NCBI GenBank assembly: GCA_043228905.1
Contig: JBHGNT010000005.1
Coordinates: 9,672,001 to 9,736,000, forward strand
Source: Azolla caroliniana
Lineage: Eukaryota; Plantae; Polypodiophyta
Reading direction: 5' to 3'
Length of the DNA: 64,000 nt
Program-made: the position numbers and the translations under genes
Shown: positions 25,420-36,411 of the stretch, in pieces
Position numbering within the stretch: position 1 is the stretch's first letter
Layout: each line of letters starts with the position of its first letter
The notes under the pieces: model-generated
The model's database searches: none
Told to the model about the DNA's origin: nothing
The model's input: only the letters and a program-made list of their open reading frames with translations

Positions 25420-26389
25420 CCATCTGTGCCATCGTTCGCTGCAAAAACAAGAATCGTGGTCGCCAAAAACTGTGTTAACTCTTCGGGCCGGACAATGGCC
25501 TAACACAGGGTGTCTACGGGATACACTTCACCAAAGGGTGTTACGGCAACCGGATTAGACTTCAACGCTTACTCCGACTTAATTAAGTTACTTATTAGGA
25601 TCGTCTTCCTTAACACGTGTAAGATATAACAATTAAGACAGAACGACTATTAACACAGAGAGATAACAACGCTTAAGCTTTCATTAATTAACCGCTAACT
25701 ATTACATTGTATCCGGGCCTTTAAATAGGTTTCCGGTCTCTATTACAAAATGGTGCCATCCGCACCTGTTCGGGATCGGTCTGGATCCGGAACGGCATAC
25801 CGTTTTCGGTCGGTCCGTCCACACTCATAGCTTAATTACAACCACATTCCTACTACTTAATTAGCTCTCTGTTTCCCACTCTGGACTCCTTTGCCGGCCG
25901 GTAACAATCAACATATAGTAAAATACTAACCGGTCCGAGTCGACCTTTCCGGATGAACAGGGAAGAGTCCGATTTTGACGTGACGAAGCCCATCCGACGC
26001 AGTTGTTGCATGATCTTCGCGTTCCAGGCACGCGGGGCTTGCTTCAGTCCGTAAAGGGACTTCTTCAGTCGGCATACTACCGAGGAGTTCGTTCCGGAGT
26101 GAAATCCGGGGGGCTGTACCATTCTTTACATCCATCTGATGTAAGTGCCACCCCTTCACCGCAACTACTGCGAGCAAAACACGGACGGTCGTCATTTTCG
26201 CGACCGGCGCAAACGTCTCATCATAGTTGATGCCATGTTTCTACGCGTAGCCCTTTGCCACTAGCTGAGCCTTATACCAATTGACCGAGCCATCGGTGTT
26301 GTACTTGACCTTGTACACCCACCTACACCCGATCGGTTTTACCCCTCTTGGTGCGTCAACCAAGTCCCAGGTCTTGTTCTCTGCCAATG

Positions 26390-28683
26390 TGTTACGGGCA
26401 TGACCATATAATATCCCGTGGTAAGAATTTACCGTAGTATTCTATACACGTGGATAAGTGTGAGGGTTAAATGAGAGTGTAAAGAAGGGGAGGATTACTT
26501 TTAATCCTCGGGATTGAGACAACCCATTAGGTCAAGTGTGAACTTGCCTGGGGGCCTTGGGTTTCGCTATAAATAAGAGGCCTAGCTACCCTCATTTGAT
26601 GATCTTTTGACTACATCGAGACTCTGCTCGTGTGGTGGGTCAACTCTTGTAGCGAGCGCGCCAGCACCAGGTACGACTCGACGCCACGGCGGTGGTATGG
26701 GACGCCGATCGAGGCTCGAGTCCGTCTCGATCCCTTCGCTCGGGGGTGGTCGGGTGGATCGGCACCCTTCTTTCTCTTTCTCCTTTCTATCTATCTTTTC
26801 ATTATCCTTATCTTAAGCTTACATTAGTATTAGATCTATAATATTTGGTATCAGATTTTTTTACTAATGTTTCTTTGTTTTTCATTTGTCTTTTGATTGA
26901 TGCTGATCGATCATTGTGCGGTTGGCCTTGATCCAGACAACGATCAACAAAGAACTTCGGTAACTCTTTCCATATTTTTTTTTCTATTCTCTCTTCTCCC
27001 ATCTAATCATGTGTTTAGTTTATATGTAATTTTTTTTCATTAAGTCAATGATGTTGTAATGGTCTTTAATTGATTATTAAAAGGTTTACATATGTGCACG
27101 AGGTCAATACCTCGTTTGACATGTTAATAATATGTGATGAGTGTCGTATGCGTACGAGGTTAATACCTCAATTACGTATTACGTTCACGAACATATGTTA
27201 TGTTTGCGTATGAGTTTAATACCTTAATTTGTTGTAAACGATATGCGTTTGGTCTCGTATGCGTAAGAGGTCAATACCTCCATTGCGTATTACGATGATC
27301 TCTTATTTGTGGATGTTTCGTGTGCGTAGAGGTATATACCTCGATTACGTATCTCGATCACATCATTTGTGGCTATTTAATATAACGATATGTTTAATAT
27401 AGGCATATGTGGTCACATATATACGTATTTGATCGTATATATGTGAAAAGTAAACATATGTGTATATTCGTTATTACGTGATTATGTCGAAAGTTGTCAT
27501 GGTCGGGAAAAGGATGTTGGTGGCCGTCCTCACATTTTTGTGAGAATGGCGTTGTCACCATTCCTTTTTCAACAATTTTTTATTGTTGACAACCCCGTTG
27601 ATGACCTCGATTTCGTTACGTAAAGAAACGCAATAGCCATAATGATGTTGAGTACGTAGGGCTTGACCCACTTCAAGTGAGGTCGCTCCAATGACGCACG
27701 TATCCAACATCCTTCCCTCGTCACACGGATACGATGCCACCATGAGCTCGTTCTTACGAGAGGCATTCGTAATGACGTGACCATGTGATGGCCCACGTGA
27801 GCCTACTACGAAACGAGGGCTCATTTGGCTTCACCATTAGGTTGCACTTTGGCGTATGCCATCGTAATTACGAGACTTGAGGTTAGGTAACGTACCAACA
27901 TAGTGTTGGTAAATGAGGGCGAAATAAGGACCCTTGACATATATGTTCTTTTAAAAAAACGTATATGATCAATTGCCTCGCATATCTCTTATACGCATCA
28001 AACATTAAGCATTCGAGAAGAGCAACTTACTTGGTTGGCTCAAGTGTTTAATGTATTTGTTCTCGAGGTCTCGAGTTCAAATATGACCAAGACCATACAA
28101 CATCCTTGATACATATGACTATAACACATGTTTAGACTTAAGGTCTAAGTGCACCTCGGGGTCCTCGTAATAGGACTTAAAGAGCCGAAACCACTTATGT
28201 GGGCACCGAAACATAGTTTATTGGGAGTATGTTACGGGCATGACCATATAATATCCCGTGGTAAGAATTTACCGTAGTATTCTATACACGTGGATAAGTG
28301 TGAGGGTTAAATGAGAGTGTAAAGAAGGGGAGGATTACTTTTAATCCTCGGGATTGAGACAACCCATTAGGTCAAGTGTGAACTTGCCTGGGGGCCTTGG
28401 GTTTCGCTATAAATAAGAGGCCTAGCTACCCTCATTTGATGATCTTTTGACTACATCGAGACTCTGCTCGTGTGGTGGGTCAACTCTTGTAGCGAGCGCG
28501 CCAGCACCAGGTACGACTCGACGCCACGGCGGTGGTATGGGACGCCGATCGAGGCTCGAGTCCGTCTCGATCCCTTCGCTCGGGGGTGGTCGGGTGGATC
28601 GGCACCCTTCTTTCTCTTTCTCCTTTCTATCTATCTTTTCATTATCCTTATCTTAAGCTTACATTAGTATTAGATCTATAATA
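26390..28683 (+). mobile_element. Non-coding, non-autonomous LTR element (TRIM/LARD-like, 2294 bp) with identical 454-bp LTRs 26390-26843 and 28230-28683
   Basis: TSD CAATG (26385-26389 / 28684-28688); partial iMet PBS TGGTATCAGA at 26846; no TE ORF; LTRs identical on visual comparison. Confidence 0.95.
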
Positions 28684-30578
28684 CAATGCGTGCATCTCTT
28701 CCTCCATCGCGGCACGCCAATTTGCGTCTTTAACCGCTTCTGCGTAGCTCTCCGGCTCACGCACTTCCGCTACATGGGTCATGTACGCATAATGATGCGC
28801 CATGTACTCGTTGTATCCGAACCGCAAAACAGGATTCTTCTAGTGGGTAGATCGGCGTAATCTCACATTAGCCGATGTCGAGGCCTTCTCGGTCGATGCG
28901 AACTTCACCTTTAAAGACCCGTCAACGGTTCCCTCGGAGTCGGACTCGCGTCGGTCTGACTTGTTCCTATCCGTGTCGGAATCCGACACCTTCTTCTTCC
29001 CTTTCTCTTTGCGCGTAAGCCGTCTCCTCGGCTTCCTGCGCGGGGAATGCACGACCGAGTCTCCACTACTCGCCGGCTCTTCATCGGACTGATCGTACCG
29101 ACTCAGTCGTCCAATCGGTTCACTTAAACGGAGTGAAATCGGACTCTCTTCGCGGGTCTCGATTTCGGGCTCATCCGGAGGCATCTCGGGTTCGCTGACC
29201 TCATCGTCAAAGCTCGGATTGGAGTCAGGGTTCGGAGTTGAGGGCTGGTACCAGGACGCGGACTCGTCAAACACAACGTCGCGGCTAACACACACTTGTT
29301 TGGTGCGAGGGTTATAGCACTTATAACCCTTCTGCTCGTCCGATAACCGACCAAGATGCATTTCTCGGCCTTTGCGTCGAACTTCCTCCTTTTCTCCTTC
29401 GGTACATGCACATACGCAATGCTACCGAACACCCTCAAGTGTCGCAAGTTCGGCTTCGTTCCGAAATATGGCTCGTGCGCTGAAACTTTGTCTCTGATCC
29501 GGTTCTGAATGTATACCACTGTCCTTACCGCCTCGGCCCAGTAGAACTTGGGCAAGCTCTTCTCCTCCAGCATTGCCCATGCTGCTTCCACAACTAACCA
29601 ATTCTTCCTCTTGGCCACGCCATTCTGCTCCGACGTGTATCTACAACTGAATTCGCGCCAAATTCCCATTTGTTGTAGATAACCATTGAATTGACCAGAA
29701 AAGTACTCTTTCCCGCCATCCGACCGCAGGCACTTGATCTTTCGTCCCGTTGTCGTAGTGTAGGTTGCACACTATGTGGAAATTATATTTTTGTCCCTCC
29801 GGATAGAGAATGGAGTGCTCGGTGAGAACCGGAAGAAAACGGCATACCGGCGAGGAGGAAAACGGCATACCGGCAAGGAGGAAAACGGCATACCGGCAAG
29901 GAGGAAAAACGGCATACCGGCAAGGAAGAGCCGGATAAAGAGACATAAATGTAAAAAGAAATGCGCAGGGCGTGATTCGAACTCTGCACCTCCACGTTGA
30001 CAAACCCCAACCTTACCATTACATTAACTTATCTTAAGTGTTTTAAATATAGATTTAATACGTATAAGACCTTTATTTATGCATACCTTTATTAAAAGGT
30101 AAATCGTGTATTTTTTTTAATATATGAAAAAGAAAAAAAACACGAGACACTAAAAATAACTCATGCACATCTAGCGTGCATGAGCCCTATACTTAGGAAA
30201 TAAAAAAGCATCACATGCACATTTAGTGGACATGAACACTTTTTGTAAAAAAAAGAAGAAGCATGAAGCCATGCTTAGCTCTTCTTTCCTTATATAAGGA
30301 GGAGAGAAATATGTAAAGGGTTGTTGATTATTTGGATTAAGTATTAATCAATACAAAATTTATTCGTGGGATTCACGATTTATACATCTACGTCTCTCTT
30401 AACACCCTAAGTACCAATTAATATAGTATACTCGTGTGATTCACGAGTTTCTTATCTTTCTCTTTGCTATTTACTCATAATTAATCTCTATCTCACGAAC
30501 TTCTTTCTCCTAGTCCAAGACCTCTGTGGTTCCCACCCGACTCACGCAACGATCCGGAGCCGAAAGGCACGACACAGT

Positions 30579-30596
30579 TGGTGAACCCGACGTGAA
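30579..30596 (+). promoter_or_regulatory. Primer-binding site complementary to the tRNA-Trp 3' end
   Basis: TGGTGAACCCGACGTGAA is the reverse complement of TTCACGTCGGGTTCA-CCA, the plant cytosolic tRNA-Trp 3' end as I recall it. Confidence 0.85.
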
Positions 30597-30617
30597 GAGC
30601 AGCAGGGGAGGACGAAG

Positions 30618-32843
30618 ATGGATGGCGAATATCTCATGGAGGCAATGGCAAGAAGGATGATGGAGTTTCTGAGAGAAGAGAAAAGAAGAAATGAAGCCCA
30701 ACAAGCCGTCGACAAAGTAGTCGAACGAATGAGCTATTTCAACGGTGCCGAAGTCCAAAGTTTCCTAAAAGTCTACAATGCGGAGATGGATTCAAGAGGT
30801 GTGGACAAAGCTATGAGGCTAGAGTACTTTTTTCGGGTGGTGTCTCAACCGATCTTCAAAGATGTAGAAGAGCTTCTAGAAGCTCATGATTCGTGGGCGA
30901 CTTTTGAGAAGGCTCTATTGGAGGAATATGACTATGAGAGACTAAAGGGACAAGATCGACGCAACTTCGACCAATGGGTGGCATCAGCGAAGACCCACCA
31001 AGGCACAACACAAGCATTCGTAGACTTCGAGCATCATTTTTCTCAATTGTCGGAGCGGGAACAAAGATTGGTGGGGGTCGATAAGGTCCTTATGTTCGTG
31101 AAGTCAATCGATCGAATGGAAAGGATGGCGATCGGCCTCAAACTCGAAGAAGATGACGGTGCAAATGGCCTCATCGAGGATTGGAGCAAAGTGGAAAGTG
31201 TATGCCGACTACACGATAAGGGGCAAGCGAGAATATCGACGTCAACAAGACGGCCCATGAGGGACGATCGAAGAGGGACGAGATGCAACAACGCACCACC
31301 AACAAAAGAAATGAAGCTTAGAAGGGAGACAAAACCGAGGCGAATGGTGATCGAGGAAGAAGAGACCTCCCAACAAATGCGGGTTAATGAAGTGGCCGAT
31401 ACAAAGGCTCTGGTTCGGTATGACGGTACCGAGAGAGAAGGTGTGAAACAAGTCACCTTCTTGTCTTACAAAGAAACGACGGCGAAGGAGGAGGCCGATG
31501 ACTCGAGGACGGCGAACGCCACTTCGAGGGAGGATAAATGTTTCGGAACACGCATTGTGTACGAAACATCGGGTGATGACGGCGCAAGCATGAGAAAAGC
31601 TTGCATGATCAAGGGAGAAAAAGTGTTTGAGTCTGAAGAGATTGAGGAGGTAGCCATGACAAACGACATCGAGTCGGAGGTGGCTATGGATGAGTCGACG
31701 ACGGATAGCCATGTCGACACTTTCTTCACGCTTGTTCCAGAGACTTCGGCGGTTGCGCCCATGTGCCAACGTGAGACCGGAGAGACGGAAGGTGGTGACA
31801 GGAAGACGAAGGCCCAACACAAGGAGGAAGAAGATCGAGGAAGAAAGGATATCCCCACACCTATTCTAGAGACTTCGGCGGTTGTGCACGTGCACCAACG
31901 TGAGACCGGAGAGACAGAATGTGTGGACAAAAAAGAGGACGACCGGAAGGGCGATGAAGAAGACAAGGTAAATGTAAATGAACGAAGGGATTCCTTCACA
32001 CTGGTTCCGGAGACTTCGGCAGTCGAGACCGTGTGTCGACATAAGACCGAAGATAAAGGAGGTGGCGAAGAGGAGACAATATGGCTCGAGGCGAGCATAC
32101 ACGGAGGGAAGGATATGGCCGACGTGGAGGCCAAGGATGAAGCTGCGGTTGAGTTCGATGGAGAGGTTGCATGCGGGAAGGAAGGAAGAGTCGAGAACCG
32201 GTTGAACCGGAAGACGATCCGGCCGGGATTCCGACCCGAACGAAAGAAGATCCACATGGGAGCCGATCGACCGGGGCCGACCCGACCGAAACCTGATTCG
32301 GCGAAAATCGATCGAACGATTCCGATCCAAAAGGGGGTCGACCCAGCCAGAATCAATCGGTCGAGCCCGACTCGGGGAAATGTGAATGCAGACGAAGGCC
32401 AACCAAGCCAAGAAGCGATCGGTGGAGACCGATCCGGACAAGGGCAAACCCGGCCTAATCGGAGATCGACACGAACGATCTACAATACCCAGTTGAAGAC
32501 GGTGAGTGTGAGGAGTGGCCAGGAGTCCAATCGAAGGGCACGCACGGTGGACGAAGGAAGAGTGGTCGTATCGACGACATCGTTCGGTAGATCTACTACA
32601 ACCGATCGGGGAAGAAGGTGTGAGCGCCGGATATGGTGGATCGGGTGGCTACGGTGGTTCGGTTGGAAAGATTGCGCATACTCGAAGTGGAAGATGAAGT
32701 CGACGAGCGTGCAGAGGAACTCGGTTGATCACCGTTGCCAAAGATCTCACCTCTTCACCTTTCTCGGCACATACCGGAGGATGTGCGGGTTTGGTGGGGG
32801 TGGATGTCGTGACGATTTTCGGCTACGGTGTGAAACCGAGTGA
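30618..32843 (+). CDS. Gag-like protein with long acidic repeat extension, 741 aa, no pol domains
   Basis: Starts just after the PBS; gag-like N-terminus (FNG..V..FL..YNAEM...W..FEKALLEEY); three (F/P)T(L/P)xxETSAV..xETGETE-type repeats; runs into the 3' LTR. Confidence 0.75.
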   Translation: MDGEYLMEAMARRMMEFLREEKRRNEAQQAVDKVVERMSYFNGAEVQSFLKVYNAEMDSRGVDKAMRLEYFFRVVSQPIFKDVEELLEAHDSWATFEKALLEEYDYERLKGQDRRNFDQWVASAKTHQGTTQAFVDFEHHFSQLSEREQRLVGVDKVLMFVKSIDRMERMAIGLKLEEDDGANGLIEDWSKVESVCRLHDKGQARISTSTRRPMRDDRRGTRCNNAPPTKEMKLRRETKPRRMVIEEEETSQQMRVNEVADTKALVRYDGTEREGVKQVTFLSYKETTAKEEADDSRTANATSREDKCFGTRIVYETSGDDGASMRKACMIKGEKVFESEEIEEVAMTNDIESEVAMDESTTDSHVDTFFTLVPETSAVAPMCQRETGETEGGDRKTKAQHKEEEDRGRKDIPTPILETSAVVHVHQRETGETECVDKKEDDRKGDEEDKVNVNERRDSFTLVPETSAVETVCRHKTEDKGGGEEETIWLEASIHGGKDMADVEAKDEAAVEFDGEVACGKEGRVENRLNRKTIRPGFRPERKKIHMGADRPGPTRPKPDSAKIDRTIPIQKGVDPARINRSSPTRGNVNADEGQPSQEAIGGDRSGQGQTRPNRRSTRTIYNTQLKTVSVRSGQESNRRARTVDEGRVVVSTTSFGRSTTTDRGRRCERRIWWIGWLRWFGWKDCAYSKWKMKSTSVQRNSVDHRCQRSHLFTFLGTYRRMCGFGGGGCRDDFRLRCETE

Positions 32844-35800
32844 GACGAATAAACCAAGGATGTGCAACATTGCACATACGCTTAGCAAATAAGCCTCCTA
32901 AGGCCTAGTGGCACTTGAGTTCATACAGAGGGGTGCAAGCAAGGTTTGAACCTTGCACCTCTAACATACAAGATAATTGCCTTACCACTAGGACAACTAT
33001 CATATAGTGTAAATTTTATGTATTTCCTTTTCATATACAAATTATAGAGGAAACAACCATAGAAAACCATGTGCACAAAACCATGGTTTTAAACCCATGG
33101 TTTGTGCATGACATAAGCAAAACCGTGTGCACAAAACCATGGTTTTAGCCCATGGTTATGTGCATGTCACGAGCATGGAAAGACCTATAAAAGCCTCTAG
33201 TTGGGCTTGTGTAAGGGGGGCTCAATATGTGATATCACCAACACCATTATCATCAATATAAATTATATTTGTCTTTATCTTCTTCATATTTTTCTACTTC
33301 TCAAGTGTACAATTTTTCTTCTTCTCAAGTAAACCATTTTCATTTAATCTTACATTGATCGTCATCTAGCGTCGATAATTCCGCGAACGTCCTCCCCAGT
33401 CCAAGACCCCGGTGGTCGCTCGAGTAGCACACGCACGCGCGAATCTTCGCGACACCGTTTCCGTTTCCACGAACCCTTTGAGGTCCTGGAAACAGTCGAA
33501 GACTTCGCTCTTCCTCTCAATGAGGTAGATCCACGTGTGCCGCGTGTGGTCATTGATGAAGGAGACGAAATATCGGCTCCCGCCAAGACTAACATTTTGT
33601 GCCGGCCCCCATACATTGGAGTGTATAAGGTCGAGCTTGTTCTGGCTCCGGTTTCGCTTGTTGGGGAAAGGAAGTCGGTGTTGCTTCCCGAGCTGGCAAG
33701 CTTCACAAATTTGTGCTTTTCGGCCACTAAATTTGGGTAATCCGAACACTACCTGTTTCGATTGCAGATCTTGAAGCCGCTGGTAGTTGACGTGGCCTAT
33801 CCACTTGTGCCACAAGTCGATGTGCGACTTAGATTTTTGTCCCTTCGCGAACATTGTGGTGCCGCCGTCAGTGGAGTCGAGGATGAACATCCTCCCATCT
33901 CTGCGCCCTTGCGCAATCACACAGCCTTCTTCCTCAATGAAGCACCCGAGGTGTGTAAACCGAACCTCCATCCCTTGGTCGACAATCTGTCCGACCGAGA
34001 CCAAGTTCTTCGTGATTGTCGGAATGTGCAGCACGTTCATGAGTTTCCCTTTCTGCCCGACATGGCTAAGGGGAACTTCTCCGACATTCACGATCGGATG
34101 CAAAGTGTCGTCTCCAGTTGCGACTACTCCAGGTTGTATCGGTTTTTCAAGGTACGAGAACCACTCCTTATGGCTCGTCATGTGGTTTGACGCGCCGGAG
34201 TCTACGTAACACACCTCATCCGATCTCGGGGTTGTCCGTTTCATTGAGTTTGCTTCGTTTCTCGTCACGAATGCAGACCCTTCTCCGGCTCTCTCGGAGT
34301 CTTCGTCGTAGTGCGATCGCTGCCGATTTCCCTTGTCGGTATGTCCGGAGCCGTTTTCTGGAACTGGTTCTCTCCGAATCGGCACGTTTCTTCCAGCACT
34401 CACTTTTCCTGTAGCCTTTCTTGCCACAGTGCCAGCACTCCACGATGGCCTTCCCTTGCCGGTTCTCATCGCTTCGACTCCCCCTGTTTCCAGAGGGTTC
34501 GGAATTGCTGTCGGCATCACTTCGGTGCCTTCTTCCTTGATCTCGTCGGCCGCCTCCATTGAGCGCCGACTCGCCTCATCCTCCACGTCCACGCGGCCTA
34601 TCTCCCTCCGTGTACAACATTCTGCTATCGGTGTGCGTGCTTGTAGACGCACCCGCGTGGTTCTCCTCTACCAGGAGCATTGACCGTAAGTCGAAAAAGG
34701 ACGGTGTATTCTCTCGGGTACACACAGCCGTTCGGAACGCTCCGAACTTCGACGCCAAACCTCCGAGACAGATCTGGACCATCTCGCTCTCCTCGATGTT
34801 CACCTCTATGGAGGCGAGGGAGTCGCAAATATCCTTGATCTTCGAGGTATAGTCCGCCACCGACAAGTCGCGTTGTCGTAGGTTGCTCAACTCCTGCCGG
34901 AGCTAAAGCTTCCTGGCTGTGGTGCTCGCGGCGAAAATCTTCTTCAAATTTTCCCAAGCACCCTTCGGCGTCTTTGCATCCCGAACATAGCTCAATAGCT
35001 GTTCGCCCACACACGACGCGAAGCAGTATAATACCCTGCTCGCCGATTGCTCCCACGACGGGAAGTCTCTATGTGTCGATTCGGGTGCCGCGTCAATAGC
35101 TCCTTCGACATAACTCCTGTAGCCATGCCCGAGCAGGTACTGATGCATCTTGTAGGACCAAGACGTGTAGTTGGTTTTGTCGAGCTTCTCTGTTGGAAGC
35201 GAGCTCGCCATGCCTCTATCCATCGTTCTTCTTGTTCTTCTTCGTCAAGCTGTGTCGGTTGCAGAGAGGTTCTCAACCCTCGCGCTCTGATACCATGTAA
35301 AAAGTAACGTGCGGAAGCAAGTATGAAGACCGAACAGAAGGAAGAAAACTCAGGTTTAATGGAGAGCTTGAGCTTACGCAGTATACGCGGGTGAGACATA
35401 GAGAGTGAGAGAGAAAAAACACGAACTATATTCAACAAAAGTACTCAATCTCTATTCACCACTCTATACATATGTGTGTTCAAGGAACACTTTTATACAA
35501 GTCCTAGAAGGACTGACCGAAGTATTGACAGTACTTCAATGCTCATTAAGAGCTCCTACACTAACTCCCAAATATATTCCTCACGGAATATCTTTCCTAA
35601 CGGCCTCCCGGTTTACGCACCGATCCGGCCCTATCTACGCACCGGTCTGCGTACCGGTTTACGCATTCGGCCTAACCGATCGGTCCCAACCGATCCAATC
35701 CTCGGCTTCTTCAGCCGATTCGGCCGATGTTGAGCTTGTCTCTCAACACACCATTATGTCACCTCTTTGTATTCTAGCATTTAGTATGAGTCATAGAATC

Positions 35801-36076
35801 ATATTCTATGACACATATTATGAGCTTTCACATTCCCCTTCCTCCATGAGTCTTGTAGTTAATGAAGAGAGAGGGTGACTATATAAAGCACCCTCCTCCC
35901 ACCTTGTATTGTGTTGAGTCTTTCTCCTTTGTTAATACAATCTACCTTGCGTATTCTCTGTGTATTATTCCTTGTCTCTCTCTCTCTCACTCACTCACTC
36001 TCTCTCTCTCTCATACACACACATAACTCGCATCTCTTCTGCTTCACAAGAATCACACCCGATTCTTTACAGTGTG

Positions 36077-36411
36077 CATGAACACTTTAGAAAAAGCATG
36101 AAGCTATGCTTAGCCTCTTCCATCCTTATATAAGGAGGAGAGAAAGATGTATGATGTTGTTGATTATTTTACAAGGATTGATAAATCTAATATATTTGTG
36201 GGATTCACGAGTTTATCATAAAAAATCCCTTTCTTACAATCTAAATATTGATTAAATACAGTAAACATGTGGGATTCATAAGTTTTTATTTCTTACTTCT
36301 GTTTCTATCTATTCATAACTAGCCTTATATTGTATTCTTCTTTCTCCTAGTCCAAAACCTCAGTGGTTCCCACCCGACTCATGCAACGATCCGAAGCCGA
36401 AAGGCACAACA
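36077..36411 (+). repeat. Remainder of the Gypsy 3' LTR that starts at 8852
   Basis: Joins 9358 across TSD GTGTG; collinear with 30230-30574; ends GAAAGGCACAACA. Confidence 0.9.

Larger units (their letters stand above)
16853..25906 (-). mobile_element. Full-length Ty3/Gypsy (non-chromovirus type) with an extra 3' ORF; 434-bp LTRs 16853-17286 and 25473-25906
   Basis: Perfect TSD ATCAA (16848-16852 / 25907-25911) splitting the Copia YVDD codons; LTRs differ at about 15 positions by eye; tRNA-Arg-type PBS TGGCGACCAC (25456-25465); gag-PR-RT-RH-INT order. Confidence 0.96.
29751..33454 (+). mobile_element. Non-autonomous gag-only Gypsy-clan element; left LTR 29751-30574, right LTR 32805-33454 (dissimilar)
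   Basis: 4-bp TSD CCGT (29747-29750 / 33455-33458) restores the host frame FVETETGRKIKCLRSDGG; PBS 30579-30596; PPT GGGGGTGGA before 32805. Confidence 0.9.
15208..35748 (-). mobile_element. Copia element B (degenerate), inserted in the 3' LTR of Copia A; LTRs 15208-15647 and 35296-35748
   Basis: Perfect TSD CACCA (15203-15207 / 35749-35753); PBS 35284-35295; gag from 35223; PR YVDSGAS; INT; RT/RH with internal deletions near 26120 and 16410; PPT 15648-15658. Confidence 0.95.
9359..36071 (+). mobile_element. Copia element A (degenerate), inserted in the Gypsy 3' LTR; 5' LTR 9359-9744, 3' LTR split into 15126-15207 and 35754-36071
   Basis: Perfect 5-bp TSD GTGTG (9354-9358 / 36072-36076); PBS TGGTATCAGAGC 9745-9756; gag from 9904, PR WFLDSGAS, INT, RT YLDD, RH YTDADW with frameshifts and stops; PPT 15115-15125. 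Confidence 0.95.

Noticed and set aside
27100-27342. CRISPR-like array of palindromic repeats with variable spacers
   Set aside because: Repeats are only 14 bp and degenerate, spacers are related to each other, there are no cas genes, and the context is a eukaryotic retroelement; reported as a hairpin array instead.
15208-35748. Copia B LTRs look more diverged than those of its host Copia A (apparent age inversion)
   Set aside because: Eyeball counts on ~400-bp LTRs with microsatellites are too noisy; needs a proper alignment.
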